A stretch of 32,000 nucleotides of DNA from Candidatus Methanoperedens sp. (GTDB taxonomy: Archaea; Halobacteriota; Methanosarcinia; Methanosarcinales; Methanoperedenaceae): the NCBI GenBank assembly GCA_027460535.1, contig JAPZAR010000018.1:30001-62000 (forward strand), in the 5' to 3' direction. Positions 16,483 through 26,300 of the stretch are shown in pieces. How positions within the stretch are numbered: position 1 is the first letter of the stretch; every line of letters begins with the position of its first letter. The notes under the pieces are model-generated. The model was not told the DNA's origin. It was given only the letters and a program-made list of their open reading frames with translations, and ran no database searches. The translations under genes were made by a program, and so were the position numbers.

Positions 16483-18375
16483 TTAATAATGCCCCAGCTC
16501 AGCCTTGGGTAAATCGAGCTCATTAATGAAAGGCACATTTCCAGACCGCCTATGTTGCAAGACCCAAAAAGCAATGAGTGCCGGTGAATACAAATCGGTT
16601 GTGTCAACTCCGAAATCATCACAAATAAGATACTGGAGTTCTATGTCATAGATGCGCAAGCTGAGATTGATACTAAAACGCGTAATACGGATACTTAAGC
16701 CCTGGGTTCCACCGATGATAGCTTTCAACGCCGTGCTGTCTGAGAAACCAAAGCTAACAGCAGGAACTCCCGCCGTGGGTAGAGTGATAGCGTTGCAATC
16801 GATCACTCCCGCAGCATCCATGCTAGTCAGCTGACGTTCGATTTCCCGGATCACGCTAGCGTGCAAGCGCGAGAAAGTCCCTGAAACAAGCGCATCCGCG
16901 CCCAGTGTACTGGAACTGTCATGAGTAAGCTTGGTTCCCGTGCCACCAGAGAAATGGGTCACCATCCTCAACCCCTCCGCACCAGCTAGTCCGCCCAGTT
17001 CCAGGCGCATGCGGTTACGTAACTGGAAATCGAGAGTAAGGTGGTCAGCCTCCCATACAGCTGCCTGTTGTGCAACATTAGTACCTTTTAGTGGAGGAAA
17101 ATCATTAGATCTAAAATCTGCATCCGCACCACAAGCTCCACGGTTAAAGATCTCTCTGGGCATAGCAGTACAGGGAATAACCCTAGTCTGTATCGGCCTT
17201 GGCGGAATCAGATTAGGAGAGCCTCCTCGCATCTGTATGGAGACACGTCGGTTTGGAGAATATGATGCTGCAAATTCAGAGGTTTCGCCATGGGCAAACA
17301 TTTCTATATCGGAGGCAGGTATACCAAGTCCTCCGCTCGCCGGGCTCATAAGTGCGTTTTTGACAGCCATGGCGCGGTTGCACGAGAGAGTCCAGTTGAG
17401 GGAATCGGTACCTTCGGGGCTGGCGTAACCATCAAGACGTAAATTCTCGTTAGCGCCAGAAGCGTGCCAATTGTTAACAAAGTTGTCGATGGCAGTCTCG
17501 TCACTGGAGCTCAGGTTAGCACTGTTTACTCGGAATATGATGTCTAGATTAGAGACACCAGGAGAGTCATGCGCGATTGGGCAGGCAAGACCACTGGGTA
17601 ATTGGCTTGGATCACCTATGCGCTGAATTTGCGGTTGCACCAAGCCACCACTTTGTTGCACCGCATGCGTCAACTCATGCGCAATTAACCGCTGTCCCTC
17701 GATCGTTCTAGGTGTATACTCCCCCGCTCCGAAAACCATATCGCTGCCGATAGTGAACGCCCGCGCATTCACCGCTCGAGCCATTTCAGCCGCCCGTGTA
17801 TCTATGTGCAAACGCACCTGGCCGAAATCCTGGCCAAAACGCGGCTCGAAAAAGGCGCGTTCGTTTTCTGATAAAGGCATGCCTCCTCCTTTGAGAGACT
17901 GGATATTTGATTCGATATCAGGATTTAATTCAGAGATACTACCTGATGTTGCTTTCGCCTGAAGCCCTTCCTCCTCTTCTTCTACTGGTTTCCTTTGCAG
18001 CTTTTCTTCTTCGTCTTCTTCTTTTATCGGTTGCCGCTTCAGTTCATCATTTTCACATTTCGGGCAAGCTCTCTCGATGTTGGGTATACCACTGGATGAT
18101 GCCTGCGGCTCAGACATCCTCATCACTGCATCCGCCACCCTGTCAGCCTCCTGTTCGTAAACATCGCCGGGCGCGCCTATCCTAAGCTTAGCCTGCAGTA
18201 CACCGGATTTCATGAGCTTCTGGACAGCCTGGTTGCCAATCGTTCTTTGAAGAAATAGAACTCTATCAACCGGTGAAATTCTGGTTTTTGAACAACATGG
18301 CTTTCTGGTCTTTGATACAAAATTCTGACTATTTGCCTCATGCTTTTTAACTTCTATTCTAGATATATTGCCCAT
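16483..18375 (-). CDS. DUF4157-type effector: shared leader, acidic linker, HExxH DUF4157 domain, OmpA-like peptidoglycan-binding domain and an unknown C-terminal domain
   Basis: 630 aa. RAFFEPRFGQDFGQVRLHIDTRAAEMARAVNARAFTIGSDMVFGAGEYTPRTIEGQRLIAHELTHAVQQSG is the DUF4157-type core. IIFRVNSANLSSSDETAIDNF...LRLDGYASPEGTDSLNWTLSCNRAMAVKNAL...IEMFAHGETSEF...PNRRVSIQM is OmpA_C-like. GGGAGG lies 5 nt upstream of the ATG. Confidence 0.88.
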   Translation of the reverse strand: MGNISRIEVKKHEANSQNFVSKTRKPCCSKTRISPVDRVLFLQRTIGNQAVQKLMKSGVLQAKLRIGAPGDVYEQEADRVADAVMRMSEPQASSSGIPNIERACPKCENDELKRQPIKEEDEEEKLQRKPVEEEEEGLQAKATSGSISELNPDIESNIQSLKGGGMPLSENERAFFEPRFGQDFGQVRLHIDTRAAEMARAVNARAFTIGSDMVFGAGEYTPRTIEGQRLIAHELTHAVQQSGGLVQPQIQRIGDPSQLPSGLACPIAHDSPGVSNLDIIFRVNSANLSSSDETAIDNFVNNWHASGANENLRLDGYASPEGTDSLNWTLSCNRAMAVKNALMSPASGGLGIPASDIEMFAHGETSEFAASYSPNRRVSIQMRGGSPNLIPPRPIQTRVIPCTAMPREIFNRGACGADADFRSNDFPPLKGTNVAQQAAVWEADHLTLDFQLRNRMRLELGGLAGAEGLRMVTHFSGGTGTKLTHDSSSTLGADALVSGTFSRLHASVIREIERQLTSMDAAGVIDCNAITLPTAGVPAVSFGFSDSTALKAIIGGTQGLSIRITRFSINLSLRIYDIELQYLICDDFGVDTTDLYSPALIAFWVLQHRRSGNVPFINELDLPKAELGHY

Positions 18376-18663
18376 GGTGCCTCCCTGATGATCTATCTTT
18401 ATACTCCTTTATATTTTTAAGAAATATATTTAAGCCTCATTCGTAACCTCTATCCCTCACCTGTTCAAAATTCCTGTATCTTCATTCGCGATGTCCATGA
18501 CTTTCAACCTCCAGTCCCTACAGGGTGATTTCGTTTTAATTTTTCTACAGCTTTAATCTGCTTTTCGATAAGTTTTACTATTTTTACTCCTCCTTAATTG
18601 ATCTTATATTCTACTCAGGCACAAGGCTATGATTTGGAAGTGATGGCATCTGTTGTCCAGATT

Positions 18664-19647
18664 CTATTTTCTTCTCATTAAAAAATATACTATCAAGATT
18701 ACAATAACAAATCCAAGAATAAATACAAGAGTAAATTCAAACATTGGGGACTTTTTCAATGTTGGATCCAATTTATATGCTATGTTAAGTGCTTCTTCTC
18801 CTTCTTCTGTTCTACCTAAGTTATTAAGAACAATCCCTTTTCTATACCATGCATTTGCATACTCCGGTTCTATCGCCAGCGCCTTATTATAACTTTCCAG
18901 CTCTTCTTCATATCGTCCTAAATTACCCAGGGCAAATCCTTTGTTATACCATGCAGAAGCTGATTGCGGGTCGATTTCCAGCGCCCTATCAAAACTTCTT
19001 ATGGCATCTTCATGTCTTCCTGAACTATCTAGGGCAATTCCTTTATTTTTCCATGCATTGGCATTCTTTGGATCTATCTTCAACGTCTTATCAAAATATT
19101 CTATTGATTCATTATATTTATTAAGACTTGAAAGAGATAATCCTTTTAAAAATAATGCATCAGTGTCATCTGGATTTATTTCCAGTGCTCTATCATAACT
19201 GCTTATGGCATCTTCGTGTTTTCCCCATTTAGCAAACGTTATTCCTTTCATAAGCCATGCAGAATTATCCTCTTGATTTATCTTCAATGCTTCTTCATAA
19301 CTTTTTATTGCTTCTTCATATCTCCCCAAATTACCAAGGGCGATTCCTCTCTTATCCCATGCAACAGTTAATTTCGGGTTTAATTCCAATGCTTTATCAT
19401 AGCTTTCCAACTCCTCTTTATGTCTTCCTAATTCACCAAGGGTAGTGCCCATGTTATACCATGCATTCGCGAACTGTGGATCAAGCTGAATAGCATTGCT
19501 AAAAGCTTCAAGCGCCCCCTCATAATTTCCGGCCTTTTCTAAAGTAATACCCTCTCGGTTCCAGTCAGATGCAGTTTTTGCACCAACTGCTGATATCATC
19601 AGCGACAATACGATAGACAATAAAATAATTCTTAAAATTTTGTTCAT
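18664..19647 (-). CDS. secreted tetratricopeptide-repeat protein (8 TPRs) with a C-terminal PEF/PGF-CTERM-like anchor
   Basis: 327 aa. The signal peptide is MNKILRIILLSIVLSLMISAVGA. Eight consecutive 34-aa TPR units follow (AxAWxxKGxALxxLGRxEEAxxSYxxALExxP). The C-terminus SPMFEFTLVFILGFVIVILIVYFLMRRK combines a motif, a TM helix and a basic tail. Confidence 0.85.
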   Translation of the reverse strand: MNKILRIILLSIVLSLMISAVGAKTASDWNREGITLEKAGNYEGALEAFSNAIQLDPQFANAWYNMGTTLGELGRHKEELESYDKALELNPKLTVAWDKRGIALGNLGRYEEAIKSYEEALKINQEDNSAWLMKGITFAKWGKHEDAISSYDRALEINPDDTDALFLKGLSLSSLNKYNESIEYFDKTLKIDPKNANAWKNKGIALDSSGRHEDAIRSFDRALEIDPQSASAWYNKGFALGNLGRYEEELESYNKALAIEPEYANAWYRKGIVLNNLGRTEEGEEALNIAYKLDPTLKKSPMFEFTLVFILGFVIVILIVYFLMRRK

Positions 19648-19812
19648 ATTACTCCATAGCTTATCGAGATTTCTCTAATATTATCTGCTCTCTTTATTTT
19701 CTATAAGTTTTTGATTTTTTGTATCGCTAACTGTAATGCATTCACTAACCATTGTATCCTGCTCCAGCGCAGGAGTAAAATGGGTAGATTACCGTGTAGG
19801 TCACTGAATTTT

Positions 19813-21546
19813 TCATGAAAATGAATAGATTGCCCACGGATACAAATTTTGCTGGCAATTGGGACAATTTCGTCGAAAGACTGAAAAGTCTATTTTATCG
19901 TTACAACTGGGACATGACAATTTTTTATCTTTGATTTTAATAAAAATATAAGTTACACATGAAAAAACAAAGAAAAAAACCATCGTAAGTGGTTTATTAT
20001 TAAGAGTTTCAATTGCATAGAATCTGATTAAGATATACAAGAATGATGATAGAATCGAAACAAATATGAAATTTTTTACTGCTTCTTTTTTATTAAAACT
20101 TCTCCGTATCAGAATTGATGAAAAAATCAGAATGTATAGCAATACAATTGAAAAATAGAGAGCATGCCAGAACCATGCTTTCGCTATATCTAGGAGATTG
20201 CTCATTATAGTATTAATTTCATAAAGGGAAATAATTGCGGGAAAATAAATTAATTCATTGGTCAACCATCCTAAACTGAATGCCATTGAAAATTTTATTA
20301 GATTTGAAATAGTAGTGGACGAAAAATAGTTCTTCTTTTCAATAAAAGTATCTCTTAATATCGATTTATGAAAACTAAGGCTTACAGGCAGCATCAGAAC
20401 AGGAACGATGAAAACAGAGATAATAGCTCTAAGACCAATATATATCTCTCCACTTGATTGATAGTTCTCATTTGCCATTGCAGCCCATTCAGAAGAAGAC
20501 AATGAAAAAATCTGATTGAAAAAAGGCAACGATAACTCAATTAAACCGTAGAAAAAACCAATACTAAATGCAATCCATAGACTTGGATCAAACAGGCTCA
20601 GATTATTTTTAAGGATCTGAATTCTTTCGTTTATATTCGGGTGAAATTTTTTTAGTAATTCAAATTTCGAGTACTGCTCTCCGCCACTTTCTTCCAGAGT
20701 TTTTACAATATTTTCAGGAGATCTTTCCCATTCAACAACTCTTGCATCTGCATAAAACTCTCTAATACGGATTATCTGGTTTCGCAATACATAGATAACT
20801 CCTAAAAAAATTATAAAATAAATAATGATCCCTCCATATAATGCCACTCTTTTTCCAATATCCATTTTAGAGATTATATAATCCATATCATATCCTGCGA
20901 GATTCCCCAAGTAAAATATGCTTAACGCAAGATATATTTCATATAATAGAAAAATTCCAAGCGGTACTGACAGGGTCAGGAAAAGCGACCGCCATGTAGA
21001 ATTCGCCAGATAAGTTTTTTCAACATCTCTGTTAACTATATGACCCATTTCATGAAGGAAAATCGTTTTGAAACCATTGAGATTTTCCCGAAACATTTTG
21101 ATCAGCCCGCCAGGAATACCAATGTACATATGATTTTTCGTACCAAAAGTAAAAGCGGACTTTGATGCATCCAGTGGTTGAACCATCAGCACAGGTTTTT
21201 TCTCTCTCGAAAAGTATTCACTATGTAGCTTTTCAATGTATTCATGGTGTTCTGGATACTTTTTTGGGTCAAACTCCTTCAATTTTGATTCTTTTTCAAT
21301 TTTTCCTGTAGATTTTTTATAATCCCTGTAAATCAAAATGGGGATAAATAAGAAAATCGGAATCACAATCAATAATCGGAGAATAAGCGTTATCTCAGCG
21401 CCGGCCATCACATAAAAAATAACAATCGCAAATATCAGAGCCCATAAAGATGGAACGATAATGCCAATTAAGACCATTAAGTAAAATCGAATATCGGTCT
21501 CCGAGATATACACGAAAGGATTTAAACGGATATCATTTTCGTTCAT
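19813..21546 (-). CDS. polytopic membrane M48-like (HtpX/Ste24-type) zinc metalloprotease with a C-terminal zinc ribbon
   Basis: 577 aa. HEMGH lies at nt 21040-21054 (FLHEMGHIVNRD), and the downstream REFYADARV is the M48 third-ligand ExxAD pattern. There are many hydrophobic helices. The C-terminal CPSCNDKIDFSVFRRNCPNCQ forms a CxxC...CxxC ribbon. Confidence 0.8.
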   Translation of the reverse strand: MNENDIRLNPFVYISETDIRFYLMVLIGIIVPSLWALIFAIVIFYVMAGAEITLILRLLIVIPIFLFIPILIYRDYKKSTGKIEKESKLKEFDPKKYPEHHEYIEKLHSEYFSREKKPVLMVQPLDASKSAFTFGTKNHMYIGIPGGLIKMFRENLNGFKTIFLHEMGHIVNRDVEKTYLANSTWRSLFLTLSVPLGIFLLYEIYLALSIFYLGNLAGYDMDYIISKMDIGKRVALYGGIIIYFIIFLGVIYVLRNQIIRIREFYADARVVEWERSPENIVKTLEESGGEQYSKFELLKKFHPNINERIQILKNNLSLFDPSLWIAFSIGFFYGLIELSLPFFNQIFSLSSSEWAAMANENYQSSGEIYIGLRAIISVFIVPVLMLPVSLSFHKSILRDTFIEKKNYFSSTTISNLIKFSMAFSLGWLTNELIYFPAIISLYEINTIMSNLLDIAKAWFWHALYFSIVLLYILIFSSILIRRSFNKKEAVKNFIFVSILSSFLYILIRFYAIETLNNKPLTMVFFFVFSCVTYIFIKIKDKKLSCPSCNDKIDFSVFRRNCPNCQQNLYPWAIYSFS

Positions 21547-22007
21547 TGTATCCCCATGAGCGTCAATTTTCCAATTATAGAATCAGCATAAAAACCTGCT
21601 TTCTGCTCATCTATCCCCATGGATAAAGCATCCTTGAATACATAATCTCTTAAATCCTTGATTTTCGCATTTGATGTATGAACCTCTTTTCCCCCTATTT
21701 TTTCTTTGATCTTATCCTCTAAAGCCTTTGCACCCTCCTTTTTTAGGGATTCGACTCCGGCCTTACCGATATGTGCTATAACACCCCAGATAAGCGGAAG
21801 AATCGTAGTTGTAATGAATACTTCTCCAACTCCACCTCCAAAACCCAGCATTTTTTCTTTTTTCTTAGGATCTTTCTCCAGAAAAGCATCAGGATTTTTA
21901 AGATATTCTTCTTTTATATCGTCGAATAAATCCAGTTCATCAGGTGCCACTTCTTTTATAATTTCATACGAAAGGCGAGACGCCAATTCTTCACTATTTT
22001 TATCCAT
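21543..22007 (-). CDS. hypothetical protein, translationally coupled to the M48-like protease
   Basis: 154 aa. Its stop overlaps the downstream start (ATGA at 21543-21546). GGTGGTGA Shine-Dalgarno upstream. It has one central hydrophobic segment (VFITTTILPLIWGVIAHIG) and Lys/Glu-rich flanks. I recognise no motif. Confidence 0.6.
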   Translation of the reverse strand: MDKNSEELASRLSYEIIKEVAPDELDLFDDIKEEYLKNPDAFLEKDPKKKEKMLGFGGGVGEVFITTTILPLIWGVIAHIGKAGVESLKKEGAKALEDKIKEKIGGKEVHTSNAKIKDLRDYVFKDALSMGIDEQKAGFYADSIIGKLTLMGIQ

Positions 22008-22184
22008 TTTTTCACCACCTTAAATCACATAATCAGATTTGGTTTTTAATGTACAGACCTCTTACTTGAAAGTCCAGAGGTATCAGTGTTAGTTCTGTCA
22101 ATTTTTTGGGATTTCTATAGTCTACCTGATCTTTTTGATTTGATTCAGGCGCGGGTACGGAATTGAATAATAATGAATATTTAC

Positions 22185-22988
22185 TCAGATGATATTGGTG
22201 TCAGTAAGCCACATATCCATCGTTGAAGTAAATTTATCGTAAAGGCCACCACCGGTAAAGACCGAAGTTCCAGAACGATAGAAGCCACCGAATCCAATAT
22301 GTGGCAGGTAATATTCGCGCACAATATAATCGTGGGATTGATCATCACATGTTTCCACACCCGCAGTTATCTGACACATCGGTTTATAATAACGTTCGGA
22401 AATTACTACTGCGGGACGATTGTTGATTGTGGTCTCGCCTATAGATTTCTTACGATTCAGCGGAAAAATAACCTATGAAACCTTCATCGTCATGTGAGTC
22501 AAACAGTCTAGCTGCCCTATGGTTAGTGCCATCATATTAACCGATATAAATGACTCCATCTCTTGAAGCCAAATATTTCACTTTGTTAATAGATAATGGA
22601 TAACTATCACCGGACAGCGTGTATTTGATGCGATGAAAGGTTATTTCACCCAAATCAGTCATGTCCCAAATTTCAGAATCGGTCAATTCTATAATTAAGG
22701 TTCCAGATATTGTGGGGTCACCAGAAGAAGCATACTCCCACGAATATTTCCAGTAGGCACCCTTAAATAATTTGATATCATCAAAACCTTTGTAAAGGAA
22801 AGTAGGTGACTTGCTGGTAGGGGTCTCAGTTATAGTTGGAGTGTTCCCTCTCTTGTATGATGTTGTAGTTGGTTGAGTTTCTTTATCGTTTCATTCCATA
22901 CAGCTTTTTCTTGCACACAGCCACTTATAAAAACAACTACACTCGTCAATAATCCCAAGAACATTATCATTCTTAATTTATTAATCAT
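22185..22988 (-). pseudogene. decayed lipoprotein gene (two frameshifts plus an in-frame stop)
   Basis: The ATG at 22988 gives MINKLRMIMFLGLLTSVVVFISGC (signal peptide plus lipobox Cys), and that frame stops at 22830-22832. The coding signal continues one frame over from about 22890 (NDKETQPTTTSYKRGNTPTITETPTSKSPTFLYKGFDD...ASRDGVIYIG). It is interrupted by TAA at 22537-22539 and continues (YDGTNHRAARLFDSHDDEGFIGYF). It then shifts frame again near a T5 run at about 22470 (...NRKKSIGETTINNRPAVVISERYYKPMCQITAGVETCDD...TDTNII*, ending at 22185). The 22185..22379 track ORF is only the last piece. Confidence 0.55.
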
Positions 22989-23122
22989 ATTCCCACCATC
23001 ATTTTAATTATATTACCTAAGTAAATATTTTTCGAAAGATAAAAGCGCGTTAAGAGCAAAGTGGAATATTATTTTTGAGAGAAATGAAATATAGTTTCCT
23101 ATACGTCAATAATCCAATTTCT

Positions 23123-23353
23123 TCACTCTGTTATTGGCTCAGATTTAGGAATTCTTTCTAACTGGCTTGTGCTAACCGACTCTATCTGCCTCTCTTTCAC
23201 CAGTTCCTCTTCAAGCACCTGGATCGCACCACTGATGCGCAGCAGTGTGTTCCTCAGGTTCGCCTGTTTAATTTCCAAGTCGGAGAGTGCTTTTTGACCT
23301 GATTCGAATTCGGTTCTCAGTTCTTTGAGACGATGCTCTAATCGTTCTTTCAT
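23123..23353 (-). CDS. small coiled-coil protein downstream of the tail fibre (possible fibre accessory or chaperone)
   Basis: 76 aa with heptad-like, Leu/Glu/Lys-rich sequence (LKELRTEFESGQKALSDLEIKQANLRNTLLRISGAIQVLEEEL). A strong AGGAGG lies 7 nt upstream of the ATG, 13 nt after the tail-fibre stop. Confidence 0.6.
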   Translation of the reverse strand: MKERLEHRLKELRTEFESGQKALSDLEIKQANLRNTLLRISGAIQVLEEELVKERQIESVSTSQLERIPKSEPITE

Positions 23354-23366
23354 AATTCAACCTCCT

Positions 23367-26300
23367 TCAACTTGAATATACGAATATATCGATAACCCCT
23401 TTTCCTGACTCATGCCTATCAAGGGCTTTTCCTATAATCGTTCCTGGTCGAAATAATTCTTCACCTTTAATTTTTATAGGACTGGCTTTCATAGCATGAC
23501 CAGGGATTGAAGAAGATGTTAATAAATTTCCCCTTTTTATCGGACCATTTTCATCAACAACTTTACAGGGAACACGACCACACAGGGCAACAGGAAATAC
23601 CTTTTCACCGTCACGCTTTGTATTTAACAAGAATCCAGGTGCAGTCGATATAACTCCGAGGACTAAACAGTCATCCGGCTTTTCCGATATGATGATTCTA
23701 TCCTCGTCCTGGTCCAAACGAACAACATCTCCAGGTTCAAGATCCATATCTGAAGAATAGTTCTCAGCTAGGTCGCCAACCAAACCGGTTTTGAAACCAT
23801 AACTTGAATACATTGTTCCCTCTGCTTGCACATCACCTGCAACATGCAGCGCGCATACTGGGTCCGTTGTCATGATGCCGACGTAGCCTTTATTATAGTA
23901 AATACGCCCGGCGATAGAACCATCAATCCATTTGCTTGCGCCAAAAATATTTTTTAATCCTGAGCCATCGCCAACAAACGCATCCGCCTTAACTGTACCG
24001 ATGACTTCTAATTCTTTTGATGGCGTTATCGTACCGATGCCGACATTTCCTTTATCGTAATAGATACCGCCAGCAGCATCAGACCATTTGCCTGCGCCTG
24101 TTAACTGTGAGCCATCGCCTATGAATTTCGTTGCGCTGACAGTTCCATTAACTGATAAATCGCTGGCAGCATAAGCGTTCCCCACGAAGATATTGCCATT
24201 AATATCAATTCTCATTTTCTCTTTACCGTTTATCCTAAACTCCAGACCTTGAGAATTGCCTTTGACATCAATGTATGAAGTATCATCGTTATCTCCCTTG
24301 ATATCCAGACAGATTTCTCCCTCATCACCGAGACGCAGATGGCTACCGTTCCAACGCCTTCCGAGTAGCGTTAAAGAAGGATAACCATTGCCGATGATTA
24401 AAAGCCCTTCCTTATCATAATCATCTGGAACATATTGATCTTCGCCTGCATAAGTAAATTCGCCAATCTGGAGCTTTCCTGATGGGCTCTTTGTACCGAT
24501 GCCGACGATGCCATTATAAAAAATACTATCAGGGACTGCACCATCTGACCATTTGCCTTCATTGATACCTGTTAATCCTGATCCATCGCCTATGAACTTA
24601 TCTGCCTTAATGGTGCCTATAACAGATAGTCTATCGGTTGCAGATGGTGGTGTCCCGATACCCACGTTGTTCTTATAATAAATCCCGGCAGGGTCGCCGA
24701 GCCATTGGGTTTTACCGGTTAACTTCGAGCCGTCACCTATGAACTCCTTGGCTTTGACAGGGCCGTCAACGTATAAATTACCTAATAATTCCACATTACC
24801 CTTTCCATCAATACTGATTCTGATCAATTCCCGGGTCATGAGATAAATAGAATTGGACCCACCCATCGAGTTAATTTGCAGGCCACCTCCACCAGTACCT
24901 TCAGCCTGAATCCTGATATCGCTGTTTGTATCCTCAGTCGAAAGCCTTAATGCGTAACCGTCATTGCTTTTCACATCTAACCCATAACCTGGCGTGGATG
25001 TGCCAATGCCAACATTGCCTTTATCATAATAAATCCCGGCAGGGTCATTGAGCCATTGGCTGGCTCCTGTTAACTGCGAACCATCACCTAAGAACACATC
25101 TGCTTTAACAGTGCCGGCGACCTCTAATTCATTTGACGGCTTATCCGTCCCGATACCGACATAGCCGCCATTACGGTTTATATAAGTATTTGCAGCGCTA
25201 TTATTTATTAACAAGGCTTCAAGCTCTTTTGACCAGAGAATATCCGCTTTCTGTGTGCCATCTTCATAGAAAGATATCACCGGGTCGGGTATGAATTCTG
25301 CCAGCATTGGTACGGGGGCCGGACTGGAACCATGGATCCTGACATAATCACCTGACATAGAATCAATCGGTTGAACAAGAAGATCCCCGTTCCTTACTTC
25401 AAGTTTTGATTCCGGATTCAGCGTCCCAATACCGACATTCCCCATAATCTCGGCATTTTCGGCTAAATTCAATGTATCTCCTGAGAATCCAGATGCATTA
25501 ATGTTAGTGGCTTTAACTGTGCCATTAACGTGCAGTAGTTTTTCAGATGGTTCATCGATACCTATGCCAACATTGCCATCGTTATCAACAATCAGGGCAG
25601 GGTCAGGAGAGCCGTCTGAACCCACGAGTTTGCTGTGCTTATGGAGTTCATCTGCAATTGAAGCATCGGTCAATTTAAGCACATTGTCACCGTAAACTAA
25701 ATCTAACAAATTATTTTCAAGACCGATTTTCCATTTGCTATTTTTCTCAATAGCCTCCTCTCGCCATATTATCTGGGCATTTGGTGCTGTCCCACCCCGA
25801 TAAACCTCTAAACCGCCATCACCAATAAGCGGTTTTTTATTCCCGGGGGGTGGATAATCATGTACTGTAATGATATTGTCTGAAATTACTACTCCTTCTT
25901 TCCGGGTCCCTTTGACTGTAAGATTACCATCAATCGTACAATTACCATCGACTGCCAGATTTTTATCACCCGGATCAGATGTGCCTCCGATGTGCAGACC
26001 GCCGGGCATCCCGCTTTTTACCTCAAGCGTCCCATTAACAGTGCAATTGCCATCTACGACCAGATTTTTATCACCCGGCTCAGACGTGCTTCCGATACGA
26101 AGACCGCCTGTGAAATTCGTTAAAGGAGAATTGATTTGAATCCCGTTTTCAGCATCAAACTTCTTTCCCTCGATAGAAAGTGCGCTTTCTTCCCCATCCA
26201 CAGATAGCGCCAGTTTACCGTAGGCTCCAGCATAAATGCGGTCTTCATTTTCGATATGGACATGTCCATCTATCAATTTGACCTTTGCCAGTATGATATG

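Noticed and set aside
19740-19790. Stem-loop tcctgc-N6-gcagga downstream of the M48-like gene as a terminator
   Set aside because: It has only a 6-bp stem and no adjacent T-tract on the transcribed strand. This is not enough to call a terminator, particularly if the host is archaeal.
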